Shown here: piece by piece, positions 19,560-26,925 of the stretch
How positions within the stretch are numbered: the first letter of the stretch is position 1
Layout: the number at the start of each line of letters is the position of its first letter
From: a virus
Taxonomy: Duplodnaviria; Caudoviricetes
Reading direction: 5' to 3' (one strand)
Length of the DNA stretch: 38,876 nt
IMG/VR virus record: IMGVR_UViG_3300046010_003086
Coordinates: 1-38,876 of that record
Notes under the pieces: generated by a model
What the model was told of the DNA's origin: nothing
Database searches by the model: none
What the model saw: the letters and a program-made list of their open reading frames with translations, nothing else
Position numbers and translations under genes: made by a program

Positions 19560-20948
19560 CTATAGTCCTCCGGTCTTGAGCGTAGCCACGATGATAGCAG
19601 TTCCACACTTCATGCAGAGATGCATTGACTTTGGATTAGGCATCCCACAGCTAGGGCAGACATTTGCTAGAGAGTTGAAGTAGTTGCTGATGGATGATGT
19701 ACCGAGCAGATCAGAGAACGCTTGCACCATCGCATCTAGTCTGTCAGGAGATGTCGGGTCTGCCGGTGTCCATGTAGTCATCTGATCCTCTAATTTGTGG
19801 AAGATACCGACATGGTGGATACGACCCTGCTCATACATAGCAGCGACAGGCTCTGCTCTGAGTTTCTTACCCACATGAGCTCGTATCTCTCGTATAGGCA
19901 GTACAGGTCTGACCTGTTTGAGGACTGCGCTGACCATATCTCCGCCCTGATTGACCTCGACTAGCAGCGAGTCAGCCTTGTACTCGTCAAAGAGAGCTAC
20001 AGCCTTTGTAGCCCAGTCTAGAGGTGAGCCGCGCATAGAGTGGTCAGCTATGAGATATCCATGACCGGATGTATCGCATCCAGCTACGACTATGCCAGTC
20101 TCATCAGAGCTAGCGGTATTGGTGACTGCAGGGTCTATAGATACGACTATGCGTGAGAGATGAGGCCGTTCCTCGACTCTGCATCGCTCTATGAGCCCTC
20201 TAGTCCAGAGAGCACCCTCGACATCCTCCAGGATTTCCCCATATAGCTCCTGCCTACCTAGTCTGGTCTCGTTATATCGAGCCTGTAGCTCGGCGAGCGC
20301 GATAGAGCTGAGGTTGGCTGCATTGTCAAAGGTCGAGCCTCTAGTCACATAGGTAGTAGATCGAGATACGAGATCGCGTATGAGCTGTGTAGGTCTAGGC
20401 GTAGTAGTGACCACTACACGCGGATTCTCGCCTAGTCGGAGGCCGAACTGGAGTTGATCCCAGGTGTCCTCGTACTCCCAGGCTGCTAGCTCGTCACACC
20501 ATGCGCCATGATGCTGTGGGCCACGCAGGGTATCTGGCTCCTCGGCAGAAAAGCCCTTTATCATTGAGCCGTTTGGCAGGTTTATCTTTGTTCGTGATCT
20601 GTTGTACTCCTGCTCTGAGTAGAGCCCATAGCGTTTGAGCACAGAGAGCACACCTGACTCACCCTCGAAGCAGGTATCTCGGACATCTGCGTGAGTCCTA
20701 GCTACTACTGCCCATCTCGTGTTCGGGCGTGTTATCGCCTCGTACACTATCCACTCCGCCCCTGTCCTCGTCTTGCCCCATCCGCGCCCCGACAGAATCA
20801 TCCACACTTGCCACATCGTCTCCGGTGGTAGCTGATTCGATCTCGCCTGTATCTCCTGCCATTGGACTCTCGACTGAGCTATCTGCAGAGTTTTGTCTGA
20901 GTAGCTCGGCAAGGTCGCGTACTGCTCTGTCAATGCTCTCGCCTCCAT
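19560..20948 (-). CDS. terL: Terminase large subunit
   Basis: Walker A SGRGWGKT, LRGPQ, Walker B AWCDE, VVTTTP, nuclease SIDPA and DRLDA; start uncertain. Confidence 0.96.
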   Translation of the reverse strand: MEARALTEQYATLPSYSDKTLQIAQSRVQWQEIQARSNQLPPETMWQVWMILSGRGWGKTRTGAEWIVYEAITRPNTRWAVVARTHADVRDTCFEGESGVLSVLKRYGLYSEQEYNRSRTKINLPNGSMIKGFSAEEPDTLRGPQHHGAWCDELAAWEYEDTWDQLQFGLRLGENPRVVVTTTPRPTQLIRDLVSRSTTYVTRGSTFDNAANLSSIALAELQARYNETRLGRQELYGEILEDVEGALWTRGLIERCRVEERPHLSRIVVSIDPAVTNTASSDETGIVVAGCDTSGHGYLIADHSMRGSPLDWATKAVALFDEYKADSLLVEVNQGGDMVSAVLKQVRPVLPIREIRAHVGKKLRAEPVAAMYEQGRIHHVGIFHKLEDQMTTWTPADPTSPDRLDAMVQAFSDLLGTSSISNYFNSLANVCPSCGMPNPKSMHLCMKCGTAIIVATLKTGGL

Positions 20949-21306
20949 CCCATACGGTCACATCCTGAGCGATTTTGACCGGCATATCTAGTCCCATGAG
21001 TTTCGCTCTACGCTCCATGATCCTCAGTACAGTCGCTATAGCTGAGTTGTCACCCTTCATCGCGTTGGGCCACGCGGCGAGCTGTAGTCGATCTAGTCGA
21101 TCTATCTCTGCCTGTCGTAGCTCCTCGGCTGGCTGTTGCAGCACACGCTTGAGGGCTCGTTTGTAGGCTAGATATGCGCCTGAGTGGTCTGCATATCCAA
21201 CCTGTTCAGCTATACGCTGCCATGTGAGTCCAGCCCTGCGTAGTTCGAGGACTTTGAGCTCTCGGTCTAGCTGTTCTGGCTCTGGTACTGCATTGTGAGT
21301 CGGCAT
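20698..21306 (-). CDS. terS: Terminase small subunit
   Basis: HTH LELRRAGLTWQRIAEQVGY; ERRAKLMGLD; directly upstream of terL. Confidence 0.8.
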   Translation of the reverse strand: MPTHNAVPEPEQLDRELKVLELRRAGLTWQRIAEQVGYADHSGAYLAYKRALKRVLQQPAEELRQAEIDRLDRLQLAAWPNAMKGDNSAIATVLRIMERRAKLMGLDMPVKIAQDVTVWDGGESIDRAVRDLAELLRQNSADSSVESPMAGDTGEIESATTGDDVASVDDSVGARMGQDEDRGGVDSVRGDNTPEHEMGSSS

Positions 21307-21313
21307 GGTGGGA

Positions 21314-22111
21314 TTACACCTCGCTCACGATGGTATCGAGCCCTGAGATCGGATTTGCACCGTCTTGGTCTAGCAGGGAGCTAGATGCATCGCTGTCAAT
21401 GCTTCCAGGGCGTATTCCGCGATACATACGAGCCCCATACTCGTCTATCGCAGAAAAGGGGAGGATAGGTACTGTGAGCCTATCCAAAACTGTCTCGTGC
21501 AGAGGATACAAGTATCTGAGCTGAAAGCCAGGCAAACACTCCGCGCCTATGCGCTTGAGGAACGATGTAGATGTCTCTGTGCCGGTCTTGCCATAGCGAG
21601 CCTTGATACTGCCCTTCCCTGCGTTAGGGCTAAAGCCTGGCTCTAGGACTATTTTGGCTACGACCTCTCCATCAGGCATACGCCACATAGAGTTGTTCTG
21701 TTTGATGCCTATCAGCTTGAAGCCTGATGCTCGGTAGATAGTCCCATCCCCACATTGAGTCCCATCTGCGTAGCTGAGTATCCACTCCACATGAGGAGCG
21801 TGTTTGCGTATCAGGCGCATGGCTATAGATAGGGCTCTGCTCTCGCTGTTCTTAGGCAGCAGATCAGAGAATGCGAGTCTGTTCAGCTCCATGAAGCCGT
21901 TCCAGGGGGTGTCTTTGACTAGCCCGATGGTCTTGTTTTTGTCTATGGATGGGCCGAACTGCATACAGCCCTCTAGTCTCCCCTTGAGAAAGACTCCGAG
22001 ATGTAGCTGAGATCGAGGATCGACTTTGCCTGAGTAGTGATGCTTGCGCACGAATGCCATAGCATCGCTAGAGGCTATCGGCTCAACCCTGAGCTCTTTG
22101 GCTGATGGCAT
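21314..22111 (-). CDS. mom: Mom-family (GNAT-fold) DNA adenine modification protein
   Basis: HHYSGK, ELNRL, KNSESR, LSYAD and GTIYRASGF motifs; SD AGGAG. Confidence 0.85.
   Translation of the reverse strand: MPSAKELRVEPIASSDAMAFVRKHHYSGKVDPRSQLHLGVFLKGRLEGCMQFGPSIDKNKTIGLVKDTPWNGFMELNRLAFSDLLPKNSESRALSIAMRLIRKHAPHVEWILSYADGTQCGDGTIYRASGFKLIGIKQNNSMWRMPDGEVVAKIVLEPGFSPNAGKGSIKARYGKTGTETSTSFLKRIGAECLPGFQLRYLYPLHETVLDRLTVPILPFSAIDEYGARMYRGIRPGSIDSDASSSLLDQDGANPISGLDTIVSEV
21339..21411 (-). tRNA. Non-canonical tRNA-Gly(CCC)-like element inside the mom 3' end
   Basis: Acceptor GCCCTGG/TCAGGGC; D arm GCAT-TGACAGCG-ATGC; anticodon arm TCTAG-CTCCCTG-CTAGA; variable CCAA; T arm GACGG-TGCAAAT-CCG(A)TC; discriminator T; 73 nt. 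Confidence 0.75.
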
Positions 22112-22697
22112 CTAGCCACTCCTGACATATCGCCCATAGTGCATTGCCGTTGCTGTTTTTGTTGTCTGAGTCTGTGAAATCGTGAGCCTGTTTTGACTGT
22201 TTGATGGCGTGGCTGATGAGCTCTGCCTGTACTAGGGTCATCGTGAAGGTCATCTGGGTGGCATCATCGCGCTCGCCTGTAGGCACATCTGCGAAGGCAT
22301 CCTCTAGAGATCGTACCTCTGCGACTGCAGCCTCGAAGCCGATGTCTGCGATATCCCATCCCTCATCCTGTAGCTCCATGAGTTGTTGGGCGAGGACTAC
22401 CTCATCCCACTCTGCGAGCTCTGCGGAGCGATTGTCTGCGAGCGCGTAGGCTTTCGCTGTATCGCTATCCCACTCATCCGGTACTCGCACTATCACTATC
22501 TCTGTCCATCCGATGCTCTTGGCAGCCTCTATTGTCCCATTACCTGCTAGGACTGTACTGCCCTGTACGACTATCGGCTTACGCTGACCGAAGCGGCGCA
22601 GACTATTAGCGATAGCCCTGAGATTGACCTCAGAGTGTTTGCGAGCGTTTGATGGATCGAGTGTGAGCGAGCTGATGGGTACGGTCATCGTATCCAT
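22083..22697 (-). CDS. ParB/Srx-domain protein paired with Mom
   Basis: DPSNARKH, SLRRFGQRKPIVV, LAGNG, ALADNR; C-terminal NSNGNAL domain; SD GAGGAGG before ATG 22697. Confidence 0.88.
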   Translation of the reverse strand: MDTMTVPISSLTLDPSNARKHSEVNLRAIANSLRRFGQRKPIVVQGSTVLAGNGTIEAAKSIGWTEIVIVRVPDEWDSDTAKAYALADNRSAELAEWDEVVLAQQLMELQDEGWDIADIGFEAAVAEVRSLEDAFADVPTGERDDATQMTFTMTLVQAELISHAIKQSKQAHDFTDSDNKNSNGNALWAICQEWLDAISQRAQG

Positions 22698-22707
22698 GTG
22701 CGCCTCC

Positions 22708-22842
22708 TCAGAACTCAAGCCAGATATAGAACGGGCCGATATCTATGCCGAGTGAATATCTATCTATGTGGAAGCCTAAACCAAAACACCGCGCAACGCC
22801 AATGATGAGCCAGCTACTGCCGATGCGTATCTCTCTAGTCAT
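22708..22842 (-). CDS. Small beta-rich hypothetical protein (44 aa, not in ORF track)
   Basis: MTREIRIGSSWLIIGVARCFGLGFHIDRYSLGIDIGPFYIWLEF fills the gap between neighbours. Confidence 0.6.
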   Translation of the reverse strand: MTREIRIGSSWLIIGVARCFGLGFHIDRYSLGIDIGPFYIWLEF

Positions 22843-23035
22843 CAGGGAAAGCGTTGCCCTTTTGTATCAGATTGAGTCGGGCATCTAGGAGATCATCTAT
22901 GGAGCTCTGTAGCATCTCGCGCTTTCTCCAGTTCATGCGATTGCCATACTCATCAGTTTTGAGCATGGCGTATGTATGCCGGATAGCCTCGTCTATATCG
23001 GCTACCGAGATGTCCTCTGTGATGACTACGCTCAT
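22835..23035 (-). CDS. Hypothetical protein
   Basis: 66 aa; TATGAT lies 6 nt upstream of the ATG (possible leaderless start). Confidence 0.7.
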   Translation of the reverse strand: MSVVITEDISVADIDEAIRHTYAMLKTDEYGNRMNWRKREMLQSSIDDLLDARLNLIQKGNAFPDD

Positions 23036-23050
23036 GCGCAGATCATAGAA

Positions 23051-23209
23051 CTACTTACGCGGTTTGCGCTTGAGCTCCTCCTCTAGCTCCTCCCGATGGA
23101 GGTCTAGCAGGTTCTCTATTTTGAAGGCTAGGTTCTCGTATCCGCGAGCGCGTATGCGCTCTGCGACTGTCTGTAGGATGACTGCTATCTGTGGATCGTC
23201 ACTTATCAC
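23051..23209 (-). CDS. Hypothetical protein (52 aa, not in ORF track)
   Basis: SD GAGGAG + GTG; MISDDPQIAVILQTVAERIRARG...KRKPRK fills the gap. Confidence 0.6.
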   Translation of the reverse strand: MISDDPQIAVILQTVAERIRARGYENLAFKIENLLDLHREELEEELKRKPRK

Positions 23210-23378
23210 TCGGTACTCCTCTGAGAAAGTCTAGGAGTTGCTCCACGATGACCACATCTCGACCATCTATGTGATGATGGTAGTCACCGGCAAATGCCTC
23301 TATTTCCCTGATGATGTTGTTCCGAGTCTGATGCTCTAGAGCTCTCATCATGGTCTGTAATGTTTCAAGGTCTGCCAT
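23199..23378 (-). CDS. Hypothetical protein
   Basis: SD AGGAG before MADLETLQ. Confidence 0.65.
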   Translation of the reverse strand: MADLETLQTMMRALEHQTRNNIIREIEAFAGDYHHHIDGRDVVIVEQLLDFLRGVPSDK

Positions 23379-23556
23379 GTTTCTCCTGTCGCTTCGCCTG
23401 AAAGCGCGCCACATCCTCGCGTCTGTAGTACACCTTGCGACCTAGTTTGGACACATATGTGAGCTGTTTCCGATGCTGTATCTGCCTCAGATTGTTGAGC
23501 GTGATACCTAGTAGCTCGGCGACCTCTACTGAGGTCATCAGAGATTCATCTACCAT
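23365..23556 (-). CDS. HTH_17 / excisionase-like DNA-binding protein
   Basis: LMTSVEVAELLGIT...KLGRKVYYRREDV. Confidence 0.8.
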   Translation of the reverse strand: MVDESLMTSVEVAELLGITLNNLRQIQHRKQLTYVSKLGRKVYYRREDVARFQAKRQEKHGRP

Positions 23557-23930
23557 CCTGGGTCATACGCATCAGGCTGACTAGCAGGGGGTCTTGTCGA
23601 TCCCTTTTGTAGTCGCGGCACTAGCGCAACCTCGCTCGCTGTAATCTCTAAAGCGGTTTTTTCTGATCCATCTCTGCCCTGAAATGTCGATTGTTTGACA
23701 CTACCGAGCACGAGTACCTCGTCACCCTTTTTGATGGTGTCAGCTACAGCCTCAGCCTTTGCGCCGAACAGAGCTACTCTGAACCACATCGTCTCGCCAT
23801 CTACCCACTCCCCACCTTTTCTGCTGCGTGGTGTGTAGGCGATGCTGAATGTCGCAAGCGGTAGTTGATCCTTTGTGACGAATTTGATCTCAGGGTCGCT
23901 ACCGACTCTGCCCTTGACTTTGATCTCCAT
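23550..23930 (-). CDS. ssb: Single-stranded DNA-binding protein
   Basis: GRVGSDPE, ETMWFRV, KKGDEVLV.G and acidic-aromatic tail DPGW. Confidence 0.93.
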   Translation of the reverse strand: MEIKVKGRVGSDPEIKFVTKDQLPLATFSIAYTPRSRKGGEWVDGETMWFRVALFGAKAEAVADTIKKGDEVLVLGSVKQSTFQGRDGSEKTALEITASEVALVPRLQKGSTRPPASQPDAYDPGW

Positions 23931-23933
23931 ATA

Positions 23934-24266
23934 TCACTCACCTTCCATGAGAACGCTGACTCTACCATCATCTTGTAACAGTACGACTGATCCATCTGGT
24001 CTAGAGAACGGCACTTGAGATGGCTCTTGCCATGACCCGACCATCCACCCTTTCTGAGTCGCATAGTCAGGGTTGTTGTGGATGCTAGTCGTTTTGAGGT
24101 TGTGGCAGCCGTGATGTACTCGTATGAGATTGCTAGCTGTGTCTTTCCCACCTCTAGAACGCAGTTTTCTGTGATGCAGAGCCATAGATGGGAGTGCCGG
24201 TAGTCCACAGACTTCACAGTACCCACCTGCCCTCTCCTCGACTATCGCCACTATCTTCTTGTCCAA
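23934..24266 (-). CDS. HNH endonuclease
   Basis: CEVCG..HHRKLRSRGG..NL..HHGCH. Confidence 0.88.
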   Translation of the reverse strand: MDKKIVAIVEERAGGYCEVCGLPALPSMALHHRKLRSRGGKDTASNLIRVHHGCHNLKTTSIHNNPDYATQKGWMVGSWQEPSQVPFSRPDGSVVLLQDDGRVSVLMEGE

Positions 24267-24269
24267 TAC

Positions 24270-24356
24270 CTAGTCCTCGTCATCATCCTCATAGATTTCA
24301 TCATCGTCTAGATGTGGGATAGGTCGCTCGATATGGATGGGGATGATTGTGCTCAT
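24270..24356 (-). CDS. Tiny acidic peptide (28 aa, not in ORF track)
   Basis: MSTIIPIHIERPIPHLDDDEIYEDDDED; ATG overlaps upstream TGA; fills the gap. Confidence 0.5.
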   Translation of the reverse strand: MSTIIPIHIERPIPHLDDDEIYEDDDED

Positions 24357-24796
24357 CAGTACCAGCCTCCTCTGCCGTTTTTGTCTGCTCTAGATAGCCA
24401 GGAGTGTAACGCTTTGCATGGAGTTTGGTATCTGTGCTTGATATAGCCGAGCCCCCACTCGATCTGCGGATGTGGGTGGGCTAGGAAGTCAGCTATCTGA
24501 GCCTTCGTGTTATGACTCATGTGCCTCTGAGGGATGCCATAGTCATGTGAGGGTGACTTTGCCGTGTGATTCCACGCTGACTCTTTGCCCCACAGGGTAG
24601 CTAGACATTTGAACTGCCTGTCTGCCCCAGGGAACTCTTTGGCTACTAGGTGCTTTGCGTACACCTTTGGAGGCATCTGTGAGATTACAAACTGCTTCTT
24701 TTGAGCAGGAGTCATCACAGGTGCGTGTGAGTGTGCAGGGATAACGAGCCCAACCCCCAGGAGGGCGACTACGAGTGCTCGTCTGATGAGGCTTAT
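24356..24796 (-). CDS. Secreted lytic transglycosylase-like (SLT/lysozyme-fold) protein; probable ATA start
   Basis: WGKESAWN, YGIPQ, QIEWGLGYIKHRY.TPC.A, GWY; in-frame signal peptide upstream of the track start 24718. Confidence 0.78.
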   Translation of the reverse strand: MSLIRRALVVALLGVGLVIPAHSHAPVMTPAQKKQFVISQMPPKVYAKHLVAKEFPGADRQFKCLATLWGKESAWNHTAKSPSHDYGIPQRHMSHNTKAQIADFLAHPHPQIEWGLGYIKHRYQTPCKALHSWLSRADKNGRGGWY

Positions 24797-24798
24797 GG

Positions 24799-24891
24799 CT
24801 AGCCCCTAGCCTCCAATGCCTTACATACTTGGCAGGTGGCATCACCATATTTCCATGTGCCACAGGTACATCTAGTTATCATCTTGTCCAT
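24799..24891 (-). CDS. Tiny Cys-rich peptide (30 aa, not in ORF track)
   Basis: MDKMITRCTCGTWKYGDATCQVCKALEARG; purine-rich SD AAGGGG. Confidence 0.55.
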   Translation of the reverse strand: MDKMITRCTCGTWKYGDATCQVCKALEARG

Positions 24892-24903
24892 CTCTTACCC
24901 CTT

Positions 24904-25140
24904 TCAGGTTGGTATTTGGACTCTGCCAAGTCTATCTGATGGTCGTAGCTCAGGTGCTTCGAACATTTTGCCGTGACCTTTGCCGTTTGGCTCTACGAGG
25001 ACTATCTCGCGCCAATACTTGCAAGTGCCATAGTCCCTGAACGAGTCGTAGGCTCGGACTGCATCTACAGCCGATGTGTATTTCTGACTGAACGAGATAG
25101 AGCCATCCTCAGTCACCTGCACTAGAAACTCGTACTTCAT
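24904..25140 (-). CDS. Hypothetical protein
   Basis: MKYEFLVQV start in ATGA overlap with SD GGAGG. Confidence 0.65.
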   Translation of the reverse strand: MKYEFLVQVTEDGSISFSQKYTSAVDAVRAYDSFRDYGTCKYWREIVLVEPNGKGHGKMFEAPELRPSDRLGRVQIPT

Positions 25141-25331
25141 CTGCCTTCCTCCACTATCTGATCTATCCACTTACTGCATGAGCCATATCCGAGCGCGTTG
25201 CCATACTCAGTCCCCACATAGCACACATCGCGTGTCACATATGAGAACAGAAGTCCGAGCAGGATTGAGGGGATGATGACGAGCACTATCCATCCTCTGC
25301 GTGTCAGTTTTGTTCTAGTTGCCATCTCCAT
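25137..25331 (-). CDS. Small membrane protein
   Basis: KLTRRG followed by one hydrophobic helix. Confidence 0.7.
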   Translation of the reverse strand: MEMATRTKLTRRGWIVLVIIPSILLGLLFSYVTRDVCYVGTEYGNALGYGSCSKWIDQIVEEGR

Positions 25332-25485
25332 TTGCCGCCTTCCTTCTAAAGTACTCAGTTGATGCGCACCACTCGCACTCTGCGAGTAGCTCTCCCTGTG
25401 TATCTAGTCCGATTATGAGTCTGTTCGCGAACCCACCGGATGTGCCACACCACGCGCAGATAGGCTCTTTCGCCCCAACACTCAT
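25315..25485 (-). CDS. Small zinc-finger protein (56 aa, not in ORF track)
   Basis: MSVGAKEPICAWCG...ECEWC; ATGA overlap with upstream gene. Confidence 0.65.
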   Translation of the reverse strand: MSVGAKEPICAWCGTSGGFANRLIIGLDTQGELLAECEWCASTEYFRRKAANGDGN

Positions 25486-25709
25486 GGCATCTGACAGTCA
25501 CAGGGCAGTACCTCATATGACTCGCTATCGCTGATGATTTGCGTTCCTGATCCGCGACACATACTGCATGGTGGCGGTGGCAAGTGTGGCTGTAATGCTT
25601 TGGCGAAGTCGAGGTGCATCTCTGCCTGTTCTTTCAAGTCTGCTCTACCTATGCACTCTCGTGCATTCTCCATGTGCCACTCATATACCTCTCGTACAGT
25701 CAGACTCAT
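25482..25709 (-). CDS. Hypothetical protein with CxxCxGxG / CxC zinc motif
   Basis: CSMCRGSG...PCDC; ATGA overlaps. Confidence 0.7.
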   Translation of the reverse strand: MSLTVREVYEWHMENARECIGRADLKEQAEMHLDFAKALQPHLPPPPCSMCRGSGTQIISDSESYEVLPCDCQMP

Positions 25710-25957
25710 GACAGCATCTCCCTCATCATGTCATTCAGTTCATCGTAGCTCAGGCGTGTGCCAAGCCATTTGAAACCATCAGGAGTACGACCATCCTCTA
25801 GAGATAGCCATCTGATGTACTCCCGATATGGCTCTCTGCCTTTGTACATACGCATGAACTCACAGGCTGCCTTGTACATCGGATACTCGTTGTTGATCCA
25901 TAACGCACAGTTCCAGGTGGCTCTGTTCTTCCATCCCTCATATGTCTGTGTACTCAT
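25706..25957 (-). CDS. Conserved phage hypothetical protein
   Basis: YEGWKNRATWNCALWINNE motif; ATGA overlaps. Confidence 0.7.
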   Translation of the reverse strand: MSTQTYEGWKNRATWNCALWINNEYPMYKAACEFMRMYKGREPYREYIRWLSLEDGRTPDGFKWLGTRLSYDELNDMMREMLS

Positions 25958-26244
25958 GATGCCCTCACTTTCAGATATACATCGCTATCTCCTAGAGGTG
26001 AGCCTAGAAACGAGTCGATTTCGCGATAACACTCGCGACATCCAACATATCCATCACAGCCTTTGGCAGTTGCGCCACAGCATGATGTCAGTCCTAGATA
26101 GTTCTGACCTTTTGTGTCATATGGATAGTCACATTTGACTATCAGGTCGCCGTATTCGGTGATGCCTACCATGTCAGATACGACATCTCTTGGTGCGAGT
26201 ACATACTCGCCATTCTCTAGATATACGCGCACTCTGCGAGCCAT
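25954..26244 (-). CDS. Cys-rich hypothetical protein
   Basis: Probable start MARRVRV; TSCCGA..GCRECY. Confidence 0.65.
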   Translation of the reverse strand: MARRVRVYLENGEYVLAPRDVVSDMVGITEYGDLIVKCDYPYDTKGQNYLGLTSCCGATAKGCDGYVGCRECYREIDSFLGSPLGDSDVYLKVRAS

Positions 26245-26246
26245 GA

Positions 26247-26846
26247 CTATGCACCTACCTGTACAGGTAGATATCCGCGCATATCCTCTAGCATCGCTGA
26301 TGCAGATATCCATGCGTGGTCGCGGAAGTCCCACACTTCTGCGTTGCTGTGTTTGCTAGTGATATACACGAGTGCTTGTGCGATGGATGGTGGCGTTGCT
26401 GTTGCCATACTCTGACCTGAAAGTCTGTATGTGTCATGTGTATCTACATGAGTGAGTGGGTCGTTGCCATTTGGCACTCGAAAGATGATGTTTTTCTTGG
26501 CGCGCTTGTCGAGGTCTGCTACCTCCATGAGGTATGCAAGTGCCATCTCATCGTTGAAGCGTAGTTCGAAGGTCGCTGTGCCATCTTTTTCGCCACCTAC
26601 ATGATGTGTCTTGATAGTTTCTGTTGCATACTGCGCCATCCACATACCTGAGTTCTTTGATGCCTCAGCGCACCATGCTACGAGCGCATCTTCCTCTGCA
26701 CGATTGTCTAGATATAACCATGTGCTACCACCATCGCCTCGATCCTCTGCAGTACCGATGCGCTTGCCATCCTTGTACACAGTAGCTGTCCATGCCACGC
26801 CATCGTGTGTATTGAGAGTCTTGATGTTTTTGAGTTCGTACTTCAT
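26247..26846 (-). CDS. Hypothetical protein, first gene of accessory operon
   Basis: SD GGAGG before MKYELKNIK; downstream of promoter at 26891-26919. Confidence 0.7.
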   Translation of the reverse strand: MKYELKNIKTLNTHDGVAWTATVYKDGKRIGTAEDRGDGGSTWLYLDNRAEEDALVAWCAEASKNSGMWMAQYATETIKTHHVGGEKDGTATFELRFNDEMALAYLMEVADLDKRAKKNIIFRVPNGNDPLTHVDTHDTYRLSGQSMATATPPSIAQALVYITSKHSNAEVWDFRDHAWISASAMLEDMRGYLPVQVGA

Positions 26847-26890
26847 ATCTGCCTCCATGTAGGTGGGGGACTGTTCCCCCTGCAGACAAG

Positions 26891-26919
26891 AAGGTACGCC
26901 TACCCCCTACCAATTACAA
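26891..26919 (-). promoter_or_regulatory. Sigma70/HrdB-like promoter
   Basis: TTGTAA-17 nt-TACCTT, followed by hairpin ggggga-ctgt-tccccc (26865-26880). Confidence 0.6.
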
Positions 26920-26925
26920 GTACCC

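Noticed and set aside
21339-21411. Ordinary translational tRNA-Gly or attP remnant
   Set aside because: Lacks U8, D-loop GG, purine 37 and TTC while keeping all stems paired, and there is no integrase; kept as a non-canonical element instead
1043-22449. Numerous plus-strand ORFs in the ORF track
   Set aside because: Antisense shadows of well-supported minus-strand genes with no recognisable motifs
23365-23556. Lysogeny module implied by an excisionase-like HTH
   Set aside because: No integrase, repressor or att site found; such HTH genes are common on their own
23934-24266. HNH as a mobile intron or homing element
   Set aside because: Free-standing short HNH with no interrupted gene around it
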